Positions 1 through 11,955 of a stretch of 64,000 nt of DNA are shown here, in pieces. The notes beneath the pieces were generated by a model. The model ran no database searches. It worked only from the letters and a program-made list of their open reading frames with translations, and had not been told where the DNA came from. Every line of letters starts with the position of its first letter. Position 1 is the first letter of the stretch. Both the position numbers and the translations under genes were made by a program. Source of the DNA: Gnetum montanum (Eukaryota > Plantae > Gnetophyta); assembly GCA_015680685.1 (NCBI GenBank), contig MNCI01003312.1:107160-171159 (forward strand), written 5' to 3'.

Positions 1-257
1 CTCGAATAAAGAGCCGTTCACTCTAGGACTCCTACTGCGGGCACATGGGGAAAAATTCTAACTCTGGAGTGATCAATCTGCCAGAGCTTCGCTACACTAG
101 CCAGGATTTGGAAATGAAGGGAGTGCCGCCTCTTATTTATAGAAATGGCGGGGGGACGCGATATCGCGTACGTGATATCGCAGGAGAAGACGCGATATCG
201 CGGCGGCCGCGATATCGTTTACGCGATATCGCAGCACATGCAAGTCGCGTCTCATCA
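1..257 (-). mobile_element. 5' (U3) part of a young Athila-like LTR (family A), cut by the window edge and inserted in an older gypsy pol
   Basis: Ends ...CGCGTCTCATCA at 257, the reverse complement of the LTR start TGATGAGACGCGACTTGCA at 39986. Contains the CGCGATATCGCG array and a minus-strand TATA box (CTATAAATA). Right flank ATATG is the candidate TSD. Confidence 0.85.
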
Positions 258-2360
258 ATATGCTTATGTCATAGGCATGGATGAACTAGAGCAAGTTGAT
301 CACCAACTCTTTGATCATGAAAATGATGATACCAATTAGGGAGAGTTGGAGATCCCTAAGAATTTCAAGCAAGAGCCCCTAGACTTGAAAAATTCATGGT
401 CTAAGAGGACATTGTATTGTAGTACCAAATTTTTCGAGAAAGGATCAAGGTAGACCCCAAAAAGAAAAGGATCATCCAAGAAATCACTTGCTAACTAAAA
501 ACTATCAAAGATATTTAGTCATTCCTTAAACAAACTGGCTACTATCAACGATTTATAGAGAATTTCTCTAAGATTGTAAAACTGTTGGTCGAGCTAACAA
601 AGAAATATGCTCTCTTCATCTAGACCAAGAAATGTGAGCATGCGTTCCAAAGCTTCAAGCAGAAGCTTGTAGAGACTCCAATTCTAGGAGTACATGATTG
701 GTCCATACCATTCCATATCATGATAGATGCATCTAACTATGCCTTGGGAGCCATGCTTATGTAGTTGGACAATAAGAAGTATCCATATTACATCCACTAT
801 GCAAGTCAAAGCATTTTGGATGCATAGTTGAATTACACCGCCACAGAGAAAGGGCTGATGGCAGTGGTGTATGCTCTAGAAAAGTTCAGGCACTATGTCA
901 TTGGATATAAAGTGTTTATGCACACTGATCATAGTGCCATCCACTTCCTCATGAACAAGTCAAAGGTGAGCTGGTGATCTTGTAGAGAAATTTGATCATA
1001 CAATGGTAGATCGAAAAGGGACTGAGAATGTGGAATAACAAAGAGGAGGAAAGTCCACTAACTGATCTATTTCCTGATGAACTCCTCTTTGGCAAGGTTA
1101 TAACTGAATAATTAGCCATTGAACCTAAATAATATGATGGCAACCTTACTTATCTTTTCACTCAAGAGATGCCATAGGATTTGAACTACAGGAAGAAACA
1201 ACAATTTCTTCATCAAACTAAGCACTTCGTGGAAATCACTGGACACCTTTACAAGATGTGTGCCGATGGCTTGGTTCTTTGATGTGTACCTGATGCAGAT
1301 AAATTGCATGTTCTCCAGGATGCTCATGAAGGCCCTTATGGAGGCTACTATGCTGGGAGATGCATGGCCATAAAAATCCTGATGGAAAAATACTATTGGC
1401 CCACAATATTTAGGAATGTCCACTAATTTTTCAAATCCTATAAGTGTTGTCAATGAGATGGTGAGATGATTGCATGAATCGAGGGTCCTCAACAATGGAT
1501 TCAACCACTATAGCCCTTTGACATATGGGGCATTAACTTCATGGGTCCCATCAATGGGAAGGCATATATAATTATTGTCATTTACTAATATACCAAATGG
1601 GTAGAAGCAACAACCATCATCAACTGTACATCATCCACTACTACTTGATTTGTACAACAAAATGTTGTAAACAAGTTTGGGGTGCCATGTGCACTGATTT
1701 CTAACAACGAAACCCATTTTATAGGTGCTATTTTTAAAAAACTCATACAACACTTGGGGGTTAAACATAAATTAACAACATCCTATCATACCCAAGCCAA
1801 CGATCAAGTAGAGGTGACTTACAAGAAGATCACAAAGATTCTAACAAAAACTATTAGCAAATATAGGAGAGACTAGAGCACAAAACTCAATGATGCCCTT
1901 GGGCCTACCACTCAATATGGAAACTTCCTATTGGCTACTCTCCCTATGAGCTAGTGTACGGAAAACTTCCAACGCTCCTAATTTAATCTGAGCTTTGTAC
2001 ACTCTCAACAGCCTATGACTTGGGCCTTAACTTAAGTCTAGCCCAAAAAGAAATACTAATTAAGCTAAATGTGCTAGACGGAAATCAATTAGTAGTCCTA
2101 TCCTTGAATGAAGTGTAAAAGGCATTCAGCAAACAACAACATGATCTTAGAATACAAAAAGCAAAATTTCAACTGTGAGATAAGGTTCTCTATTGGAACC
2201 CCATAAATGTTCCTTAAAAAACCAAATTCCAAACATTGTGGGAGGGGCCTTATATAATTGATGAAACTTTTCCTTCTAGGATCATGACCATATACAAACC
2301 TGAAAGCCCAAGTAAGAAATAGTTGATCAACATGCAACAATAAGGTCTTTCCATGAGCCT
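258..2360 (+). pseudogene. Ty3/gypsy pol pseudogene (RT tail, RNase H, integrase); RT core deleted
   Basis: Frames give IKVDP, PFHIMIDASNYALGAML, NYTATEKGLMAVVYALEKFRHY, HTDHSA, PFDIWGINFMGP, YTKWVEA, FGVPCALISNNETHF, YHTQANDQVEV. Many stops and frameshifts. Confidence 0.9.
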
Positions 2361-4467
2361 AAGTAAGCTAGTGCAACAAATACCTCAACAGATGGACAAC
2401 CATGAGTAATTTTTTGGATCCCCTCCTTCTAATTGACTCATGGGAGATATGGCCATCCATGCTAGTCATATACATGGCTCCTCTATTTTTTTATTTTTTG
2501 TTTTACACATTTTTGTCTTTGTAAATTATTTATTTTAAAACATCATTAGTACATTTGAATTTTTCTCAAATATTTTACACTTTCTTATATTTTACTTTAT
2601 TTTAGTGTGATTTTCTAAATTTTGTTAATAAATGTGCTTTGTGCCAATAAGAAACAATGGTGTTGTAGCTACTACTAAAGGTGGTTTGTGCTTAATGTTT
2701 GGTTTACTAATCTCTGGTTTCTATTTTTGAATTTTTGTATTAATGGCTAAAACATGGTTTCCTTTTCATGAAATAGGCAGTGAGTCCACAACATCCACCA
2801 ATCCAAAAACTCTATGGTTTTCCTTGTTCTAGAAATTTGAAGTCCCTTTCATTAAATAAACTTTTAATAAATTTGTGACCTTGGTAGTTTCCAAAATTGG
2901 GAAGGATTCAAAGGTTTGTATAAGGTATGACTTCGAGGGGACTCAATACTCTTTGTACTCTTCTACTTACTTGGGTGCTTGAGTGTTTTCATAAACTTCT
3001 TACCATTCTGTGTTGACCAATAATAGGAAGTTGAATAATTCTTTGCATGGTGTGGTGTCCATCCAGAATGAAAACAACAAACAAGCACAAAAAAAATAAA
3101 AAATAGAAAAACAAAAACATGATGGGAATTCAAAGCACACCCCTTAGACAAATAAACGAGCTACAAGCATTGGTTATGGGACTAGAAAGATATGTTACCC
3201 ATGCCTAAAGGTTCCCTCTAACTAAGGCCCTCTCTCACTTCTTGCTCCTTTCTTCTTCTTTAGAAATTATGGTTGTTCTATGGGAGCACTCTTGTGTCTC
3301 GAGGGGGTGGATCAATCTTAAAGTGGTAATGCAAAGTCACTAACAGTAGTTGCTTTTGGTCTGGACTAAGGATGGATCTTTTTAGGTCATTTAAACACAA
3401 AATCCACAAGGGACTTTTTATTACCTCAATTCAGAATTTTATTCCACCTTCTCCATCATACATCCATTCTACCTGTAACTCACCTCACTATCAGTGTCCA
3501 TGTTCTTGTTTGGTGTCTTTGTCTGATGTAGTTGAATTCTTTGGTAGAATCTTCCAAGTTTTGGTCCTTAACTTCCATCAACCATTAATTGCCAATGGGA
3601 CCCATAGGCTCCTTAGGTTGAGGTTATGCAAGGGTAAACAAGGCATGTGCCTACTATGGGGAGGACCCACTTGCATATCTCTTGGTTGGGTTTGTTAAGC
3701 ATATTATCCTTAGGCATTCTTACAATCATAATCTTTTGCACACCCATCTTCTGCATCCAACAATGTGCTCATTTACATATTTTCTTTCATTCACACATTC
3801 TCCATCAAATTTTTGACTTTTTGAGCTTTCAAAATCCTCTTCAATGATTCCATCACATTCTTGGCTTTTTTGGGACTCCATGGATCCCAAATTCATTCAA
3901 AAATTCCTTATATTTTTTAAGATATTCAAAGTTGAAAATTTTGTTTATGGACCTGGTAAATAGGGCCCTGTTGATGGAGCATACACTTATACGAGGCCTT
4001 GTATATGCAGCCCTGTCGATGTACTATAAAAAAAGTATAAATATACTTGACCCTCCTTTGAAATTTTCACATTTGCTCACAAACGCCAAGGAAGTTTTTC
4101 AAATTTTTAGAGCCCATAACTTCCTAACTATTTATCTAAATCACTCCATTCTTCAACCCTATAGCTCTTGGAGGTAAGCTCTTAGTCATGGGGTCCACAA
4201 ATATGCCATTTTTGAAAAAACATTTTTCATCATTTTTCTAACTCCCACAAAGGTTTAACTAAGAAATCAACATTTGAATAGCAAATTACAAAAGTTAAAC
4301 CCTTCCAACAAGCTCCAGTGACACTTATAATAAAAATTAATTAATAAAATAATTAGTCTACAATGGTCCAATGTTAGCCAAAGTGTAACTAATTAATGAG
4401 ATAAGGTATTCAAATATTCAAAGTTACACATTATATCTACTAATCCATGGATGTGTTATAACCAAAA

Positions 4468-7337
4468 ATGGCACCGAAAGGCAAACACACATAGGAAGGA
4501 GGATCATCTCAACTAAGGGAGAAATGACCTACAACAAAAAGGGGCCAAGAACCACCCTAGGAAGAACCAATTGCAGCCCATGCCATAGGTCCTCTTAAGG
4601 AAGAGGCTGAAGTGGAATCTATTCATCAAATTCCAAAACTAGAAGCAACAATAGAACATTCCCACCAAGATGAGGCACTAGCTTAGCAAGAAACCTTGAG
4701 GTGACCTTAATGGAAGCATGCCTAAATCAAATCATATCAAGGGGGGTCCAAGAAATAGTGTCTTAGAAGTTAAACTTTGGCCCTTTCTTAGAGCAAGCCC
4801 TAAAAAAGTACAAGACAAACTAAAGATCTCTCCCATGTGGCCAATTATCACTTCCAGTGGGGAGTGGTACATGGGAGAGACATTCTTATTCTAGAACAAT
4901 AGGTATGACAAATCAATAGTCAAAATCAAGAACATTTTAGTATCCTACTCGATGTAGGCCATTGCTAAAGTGCTTGGGTTGCCAAAAACTGGAGCAAACC
5001 TTGCTGAGATTCCGATGTAGGTGGACCTCAACATCAAAAAGAAATGGGTTCGATGGTGCTATAGTGTCAACTATAAGGAGTATGGTGCACTTACACTGAC
5101 AAAAAGAATTCACTACAAGATTGAAGCCTCCACAGTGAGGCTTAGTAAGATAATGGCCTTTTCTACCCATTTGTGCACTACTCTGAGTCAAAGATTCCCT
5201 GTCAACCTTCCATAGCTAATCTATCTAAAGATAAAGAAGCAGTATAAAGAGAATGAACATGGAAGGAAGGCACTCCTCTTCCCATGCCTCATCAAAAAGC
5301 TTTGTCGAAGGGGAGGGATAGTTCACTATACAAATGATGCTTTTTGATGTGCTCCAACAACTAATTGGATGAAGATAATGAAGGAAAAGATGCCTGTAAC
5401 AACTATTCAAGAAGAGAAGTAGTAGCCACCACCTCCACCTGTCACTCAAAACATTGTGCTAGACATCACTATAATATCCCAATGGTTGCACGAGTACCGA
5501 GAATGGCTATTGAATGAGCAAGAGCAACAAGCAGACATGAGTGGTGGAGATCCATCTATGCACCAGCCAGCGATGAGTCACTTGAATGAGGTGACCCAAA
5601 CAATTAAGTTGATGGGAGGAGGTGGATCCATTTTCTCGGTCCAATGAACAAAGTTTTTCATGAGGTCAAATCCTAAAGTCAGACAAGTAACAATATCTCT
5701 CTTAAAATAGCAACCACTCCCAAAGATTTTTGGGAATGTCACGATCTTCTTGGTGCACTTGGAGGAAGGTGAGGGGGCAACAATACCAGTGTTGTAGCAC
5801 CAAGGATAAGAAATAGTAGCAAAGGTGGTTACTGATAAGATTTCCAAAACACTCAATGCACCTACGATGTCTGTACTAGATGTCACTACACTTAAAGATG
5901 TGAAAATGTCTACAAGAATCATAAGCAATAGATTAAGTGCAACACAGTATGAAGAATTGTTGGACCAACTAGTGGGAATCGAGCAACTACAACCCATTTA
6001 GAGCACAGTATGAAGAATGTCTTTGATCTTCCAGATAGTATGACTGCAACCCATTCAGAGCTGCTAAAGGCAAGGGACAAAAACATTATTTTGGAAGGGC
6101 AACTTGAAATAGCCAAGGAGCTAAATGAATGCTTCACTACTAAAGTTGCTAAATTAAGAGCCTAGATTGCTGACCCTACATTTCTCAACTCGACATTAAC
6201 AAGAGAATAAGCTTTTAAATAGCTTCACACTAGATTGAAAGGGGTTAAGAGTGCGATGGAGACAATGGTGTTCTACCAATCCTTGTTAGAGGCTACCCAG
6301 CACAAAATTTAGAAGGCATTGGATTTGACCTGCCAGGAGAATGTATAACTGATCACAAAAAACCATTATCAATGAAAAGTTGATGAGCATAAATAGTAGT
6401 TGACCGACTTTATCCATCAACAGTAAGAGCAACTAGCCAAAGCTAACATAGAGCTAAGGAGATTGGCAGCTGAAAATAGAAACCTCTCCATGGAGGAGGT
6501 CCGTGTGCTTCACCAAAATACTACAATAGAGGTAGTCCCCTGGAAATTAGAGGCTCTCAAATTTAAGAGAGTCAAGGATCATTATAAACACCAAATCAGC
6601 CTACAAAAAGAAGTAAATGAGAAACATATTCAAGCAATGAAGGCAAAGTGAACAAGACCCTTCAACAACTCCAACATGGATGCAATTTTTGGTAGCCCAT
6701 CATTGATGGGATTGATTAGTACAATAAAGTAAAAATTTACCTAAAGGAGTTGTAGATAGAGGAAATGATGGAATACATGGAGCTAGCCAATCTCTAATAT
6801 GTGAACCTAGCTATGTTAACTGCTAGACGGCCATGATCAAAGTTGGAAAAGCATGTGGCTAGCTCATACTTGTTGTATGAGGCTGAGTTCAAGTATCACA
6901 AGGACACCAAGAAAAAATTTGTGGTGGCAAACGCTGAACTCAAGGTTCTCAAGGGAAAATACACTGATCAAAGATCTACTATTGAGAACTTGGCCAAAAG
7001 GATGAATGACTACCAAGAACTGTAGAATGCAATAAAGGCATTTGATGTCGAATGTAAATAATTCATTGCCTAGTTTATGAACATTAAGGAGCTATTCCTA
7101 GTAATGTCTTGTCCATGGGATATCCCCATTCTAGCCCACATTTGCAATTTTGCGTGGATTGTGAATGATACCTGGAGCAAGGAGGAGAAGATGAAGGCAT
7201 TACTGGATGCCTTTCACCTTCCACCGGAGGTTGTAGCTATAGTAGGATAGCCACAGCTACCTCAGCCACCGTGCATGCTCAAAGTTCACGAAGGTCCTTC
7301 AGAACCTCAAGAACCTCCACTGCCTGGGATTGTTTAA
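4468..7337 (+). pseudogene. Accessory ORF in the env-like position of the Athila-like element: plant-transposon-protein-like domain plus long coiled coil, disrupted
   Basis: Starts ATGGCACCGAAAGGC (MAPKGK). Contains FPVNLP*LIYLKI...LLFPCLIKKLC, then E/Q/K/L-rich helical segments (ORFs 6463-6651, 6843-7025) and a C-terminal CPWDIP. Lies between pol and the PPT. Confidence 0.7.
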
Positions 7338-7570
7338 TCTTCTAAACCACCTTCATGCCATCAGAGGATGTGCTATCTAGTTTTTAGTAGTCATGTTATG
7401 GTGTTCAATTTTGTGTCATGAACACCACAATTTTTGTAATGTGTTGATTTGTATACTTAGGCACTCAATATTTTTATGTCAGTTGTTATGTTAAGATTCA
7501 GTCAATAATCCCATACCTTCCCAAATTTGTAAAGGAACTCAAGGATGAGTTTCATTTAGTCATGAGGGTA

Positions 7571-8526
7571 TGATGGAGCATCAAAGTATCACATCGATGG
7601 ATCCTCAATGACATGGCCTTGTCAATGGGCTCCTGTCAACATGGTCCCATCTACATGATGTTGCCCATTGATGGGGCTATGTCAATGTAGTGTTTGCTAC
7701 ATTTATGAGGCCCCATCAACATAGCTCCATAATAAAATCTATATATATGTGCTCACTACCTATGTTTATGAGACTGAAGTCAAAGTTGTAGTAGAGCTCT
7801 TGCAATTTTGTCATTTGAGAGTTAGAATGTTTCTCTGAGTGCCTGCAACAAGAGTCATAAAGTGTACGGATCTTTATTTAAGCACTATTATACCTAAGCA
7901 CACTAATGTGAGCAGTAATAAAGACAAGCCTTTTGATCAAACCTTGCAGCACTTGGAATAGATTAATGATTTATTTATGCATTTACTATTTTCCTTAAGT
8001 ATGCAATTAATTAAGCTAAATTAAACTTCAATTTATTAGTTAATTAATTAATTTAAGTAGATTAAACACATAAGTACAACCACTTCAAGCGTAAACATGT
8101 ATTTGCTTGGTAATCCCAACAACAGTATTGCTTGGTTCACCCAGTAGCATAGTTCTTAGTAATCTTAGTACTGGATACATGGGTTTAGGATGTGTACAAA
8201 AATTTGGATCAAATATTTATTTTAGGATTAGTTAGAAATTAATTAATTAGTTAAATTAAATTAGTTATTAAATTACCTCATTTCTCTATTTTAAAGCACC
8301 AGGAACATTAAACATAAAATAATAAAAATCATATGCCTCGATTACACTTAACCATATCTTTATACATCACAAGTGTAATTGGGAAGACAACGAATGACTA
8401 TTAGGGCAAGTTCACTTTCTAAAGGCTAGTGTACCAAAAGACATAGAATCCATGGAATTCGATTGAATCATGTGTGAACACTTAGTGATTCATATGGTTG
8501 AGCATAGGAGAAATCATCACTCATTA
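7571..8526 (+). repeat. 3' LTR of the Athila-like element
   Basis: TG start directly after the PPT. The 3' end ATATGGTTGAGCATAGGAG...CTCATTA matches the ends of the other LTRs (e.g. 42251, 59788), with the terminal CA decayed to TA. Confidence 0.8.
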
Positions 8527-8534
8527 ATAATTAA

Positions 8535-9157
8535 TTGTCTGAATACTTAGCTAATCTAATAACTAACTATCCTAACATAAAGCAACTATTTCCACTTACT
8601 ATACACATCTTGAACTAGTATCAACACTACTAGGTTACCAAGTGGCTATTATTGGGAACACCAAATGTCCACTACTAGGATTACCAAGCATAATACATCA
8701 TGCTCAAAGTGGTCATACTTACGTATTTATGGTTAAGTATATTAACTAATTAAAACCATGAATGTAAATTTCATTAAAAGCAAAGTGCAAATAGGAACAT
8801 ATCAACTAATCCAAGTTCTACAATGAATATCAAAAATCTCGACTTTTTTGTCATTTACGCCAATGTGTTTAGGTACATGGCATTCAAATAAAGCATCATA
8901 CAATCTCGTTAATTTACACTATAGGCACTCAAAGGGAAAATATTCTAACTCTGGAGAAATGAAACTACAAGGGCTTCATTATGCTATGAATCTAAGATGT
9001 CATAAATGTGGGTTATGGTCGCATTTATATAGGCTTTGCCTACATCAATGTTGACACATCTATGCCAACATATCTAACCATGCATTGATGGGGATATGTC
9101 GACAAGGCTGCATCGATGTATGTGTGTTAACACAGCCTATCTAATTACGACTAATCA
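8535..9157 (-). repeat. Truncated related LTR in inverted orientation
   Basis: Shares ACTACTAGGATTACCAAG repeats, ATACACATCTTGAAC, a TATA box and a GTCGAC/CATCGAT array with the minus-strand LTRs at 16742 and 22485. Ends ...CTAATCA. Confidence 0.7.
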
Positions 9158-10389
9158 ATTAAGGCTTGACATCTTAAACCCTAGAATCTTCACGATTCTA
9201 ATTTATTTTTTTAAATGCTTTGAATGCTCATTACCACCTATTGTAGGTTGCGCCCCCTCATAGTCACTATTGATTATGACCTTTTGCAAGTTGCAACTAC
9301 TCACACTCTACCTCAAATCAAAAATCCAAGAGTTATTTGCTTCTCAACATAACCTGACTACAAGTAATAGTCCCTTGCATCCTCCTACTGCACCCCCACT
9401 ATGATTTGCACCTCACATAAGCCCCATGCTAAAGTAATAAAAAATTTATTTCTACTAACTACAACTTACTATGAGTTGTAGTCAGTTGTAGTCATCACTA
9501 TAACTCACTACAAGCTACACCACCACACACCTGCTTGCCTAATTCTAGAAAATATAGGAAAAATTACTTTTCAATCAACAACAATTAACTAAGAGTCATT
9601 CCCACTTGTAGTTTCCAACTACAACTAAATGTGATTTGTAGTCATCTATAGGAGATCACCCAACATAGCTAAACTTCACATAAGGATCCAAAATGAACCT
9701 TAAGCTACTTCTAGTTGTCATGGACTCCTCTTCTCCTACACCATAAAAACTAAACTTAAATTCCATTTCTTCAAGTGAAGAAAAACATTTTTGGGTAAAT
9801 CACGTGTTTTAAGTTCATGATCTAAAAAACACAACTCCTGATGAAGTCCCTAGAAAATTTTAATAGACCACAACCCATTGTGAGGTCATGGTAATTACCA
9901 CAACCTTTGGTTTGCTCATGGTCTAAGAAATTTTAAATAATCTTTTCCCCAAACCCATCATGACTTGTGGTTTTCCAAAATTCCCAAAAAATAGCTCATG
10001 CTAAGATTATGATTAATTAAAAAGTGATTTTTGAAAGAAATTTCAGAAATCCAAAATAGCTTCCACACTTCTAAATAACAATATTAAATAGGTATATAAG
10101 AGATCAGGCATTCAACCCTTCAAAGGACACCAAACTAATACCATGAAAATATCTTTAAGCTATGTCAAAAACATTTTTAAATATTACATGAAGTATCAAA
10201 ACACATAAATGATGTTAGTGAGGCATTGCTCTGTTGGTTAGAGTATGCAACTTGCGGTTTGCAAGTCATAGATTCAAATTTGATGGGTATGTTAATCTAA
10301 CACACTATTATATTTTAATTAAGTTCTATGAAAATTTCATGTTATTTATATGTCTAGCAAGTACATATAGTAATCTAGTTCTAGTTCAA

Positions 10390-10550
10390 CAATGAGGTCT
10401 TAACCTAATGATAAGACTCTTAATTTGGTAACTCCAAGTTCTAGAGTTAATTTTGATAGCCCATACTGAGTTATAAAGTTTATATTTGACTATATGTCTT
10501 GAGGGGTAAATATTATTAAAAAATATTTCAAGTTCCAACACCCCTCCCCC
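10390..10550 (+). mobile_element. tRNA-derived SINE family 1 copy (C-rich tail)
   Basis: CAATGAGG...GTTCCAACACCCCTCCCCC, homologous to 39651-39793. Flanked by AATCTAGTTCTAGTTCAA / AATCTAGTTTTAGTTTCAA (TSD). Confidence 0.7.
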
Positions 10551-10614
10551 AAAAATCTAGTTTTAGTTTCAATACCTCAAACCACACAAAAGACATACTA
10601 TACTACAAACTATG

Positions 10615-10770
10615 TCAAATAAGACTCTTAATTTGAAAGCTCCAAGTCATGGATTTAATTCTGGTAGGTAATGTTGAGTTATAAAGATCTAATTAGATTA
10701 TATATCTTGGGGTGTACCTATATTACAATTATTGTGGGGTTTCAACACCCTCCCCCACCTCCAACCCCCA
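10615..10770 (+). mobile_element. SINE family 1 copy, 5'-truncated
   Basis: ATAAGACTCTTAATTTG...TGAGTTATAAAG...TTTCAACACCCTCCCCCACC, parallel to 10411-10550. Confidence 0.65.
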
Positions 10771-10849
10771 ATTAATAATTAAAATTAAAATCAAAGCAAA
10801 TTAAAAGTTCAAATCATCAAGTTACTAGAAGTTACATATGGATTCATAA

Positions 10850-11955
10850 GGAAAAAGAATAATATCAAAATAAAGAATAGTAATTTAGATTTCTCATGAG
10901 TTTTTGCAAATCAGCCTAAAAACAATCATGAAATACTAGAAGGACAAATGTGGAATCAATGTACTTCATGATCCTAACATATTCCAATGTTTTATCAACA
11001 AAGGCATAGAATCCCTAACGTACTTTATCCATTTGCATATTAGACTAGTAAAAGAATACATGATCTAGAAGAATAGATCAATATTTTTAATGAAGATTTA
11101 GTAAGGCAAATCAAAATTATATTTAATATGTCGAAGAAAAATAAAAAGGTAAAATAGCAAGCAAAGAAAATTAAAGATAATTCAAAGATAACCCTCAATG
11201 CAACATTGATAGAAGAATCAAAGAGGAAATTATTTGATTTAGGAAAAGATATCATACAAAAGAAGTCATATATGGTGATTGGACTAAAAGATTTAATCTA
11301 GAAACTATTTCTTGAAGGTACAAGAAAGGTTAATGTCCAAGTTAAAGAAGCAGTCAAAAGATGAAGCTACCAATGACTTACAAACAAATAGAGATCAATA
11401 CTTCAAGGAAAGCAACTAAATCTGAAAAAAAAATCATGAGTCAAATCGTCAAAGTGTTGTTAATCTATTGTTATCATATACTGATGATGAAGAGAAATAT
11501 GTTTATAAGTCATATATGTTTGACTCATTAACCTAATATCCCAATGATAAATTATTCTTCATCTTTATAGAAGTTTATATATGAAGAAAATCAACCTTGA
11601 TACTAAGTATATTTCTAAGAAAGATTCCTCATATGTATTTTTAAATGTCTATTTCATGTGTAAATAATGTTTCATAATCCAAAAATTCAAGGAAAAACAT
11701 ATACACACATATTAATAATCTTTGATGTTACGATATATGTCTATTTCATATGTATGACTATAAATTTACAGGTATCTTCTATGCAATTCCTTATGAGTAA
11801 AGGAAAGATGTTAAATGAATCCATTTACTTGTCGGGCCAACACAAGTTTCTAATCATTACATGTCTAATGAAGAAAGACACTGCCTTCAAAATTATGTAC
11901 ATCAAAAATAGGTCACTTGAAATATTATTTAAGATTAAATGGGAGTGTTGAGAGG
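10850..11955 (+). mobile_element. Possible heavily decayed, internally deleted Ty1/copia remnant
   Basis: Degenerate gag zinc-knuckle-like RKRYHTKEV near 11240 and a copia-type PPT/LTR junction GGGAGTGTTG at 11941-11950. Confidence 0.35.

Larger units (their letters stand above)
258..8526 (+). mobile_element. Decayed Athila-like Ty3/gypsy element: 3' part of pol, long non-coding spacer, accessory ORF, PPT and 3' LTR
   Basis: RNase H and integrase remnants 430-2360; accessory ORF 4468-7337; PPT-like CATGAGGGTA 7561-7570; LTR 7571-8526 (TGATG...CTCATTA) similar to the other LTRs in the window. Confidence 0.85.

Noticed and set aside
157-232. CRISPR-like reading of the CGCGATATCGCG repeats
   Set aside because: Repeats are 12 bp with 2-10 bp linkers, lie inside LTRs in a eukaryotic context, and there are no cas genes.
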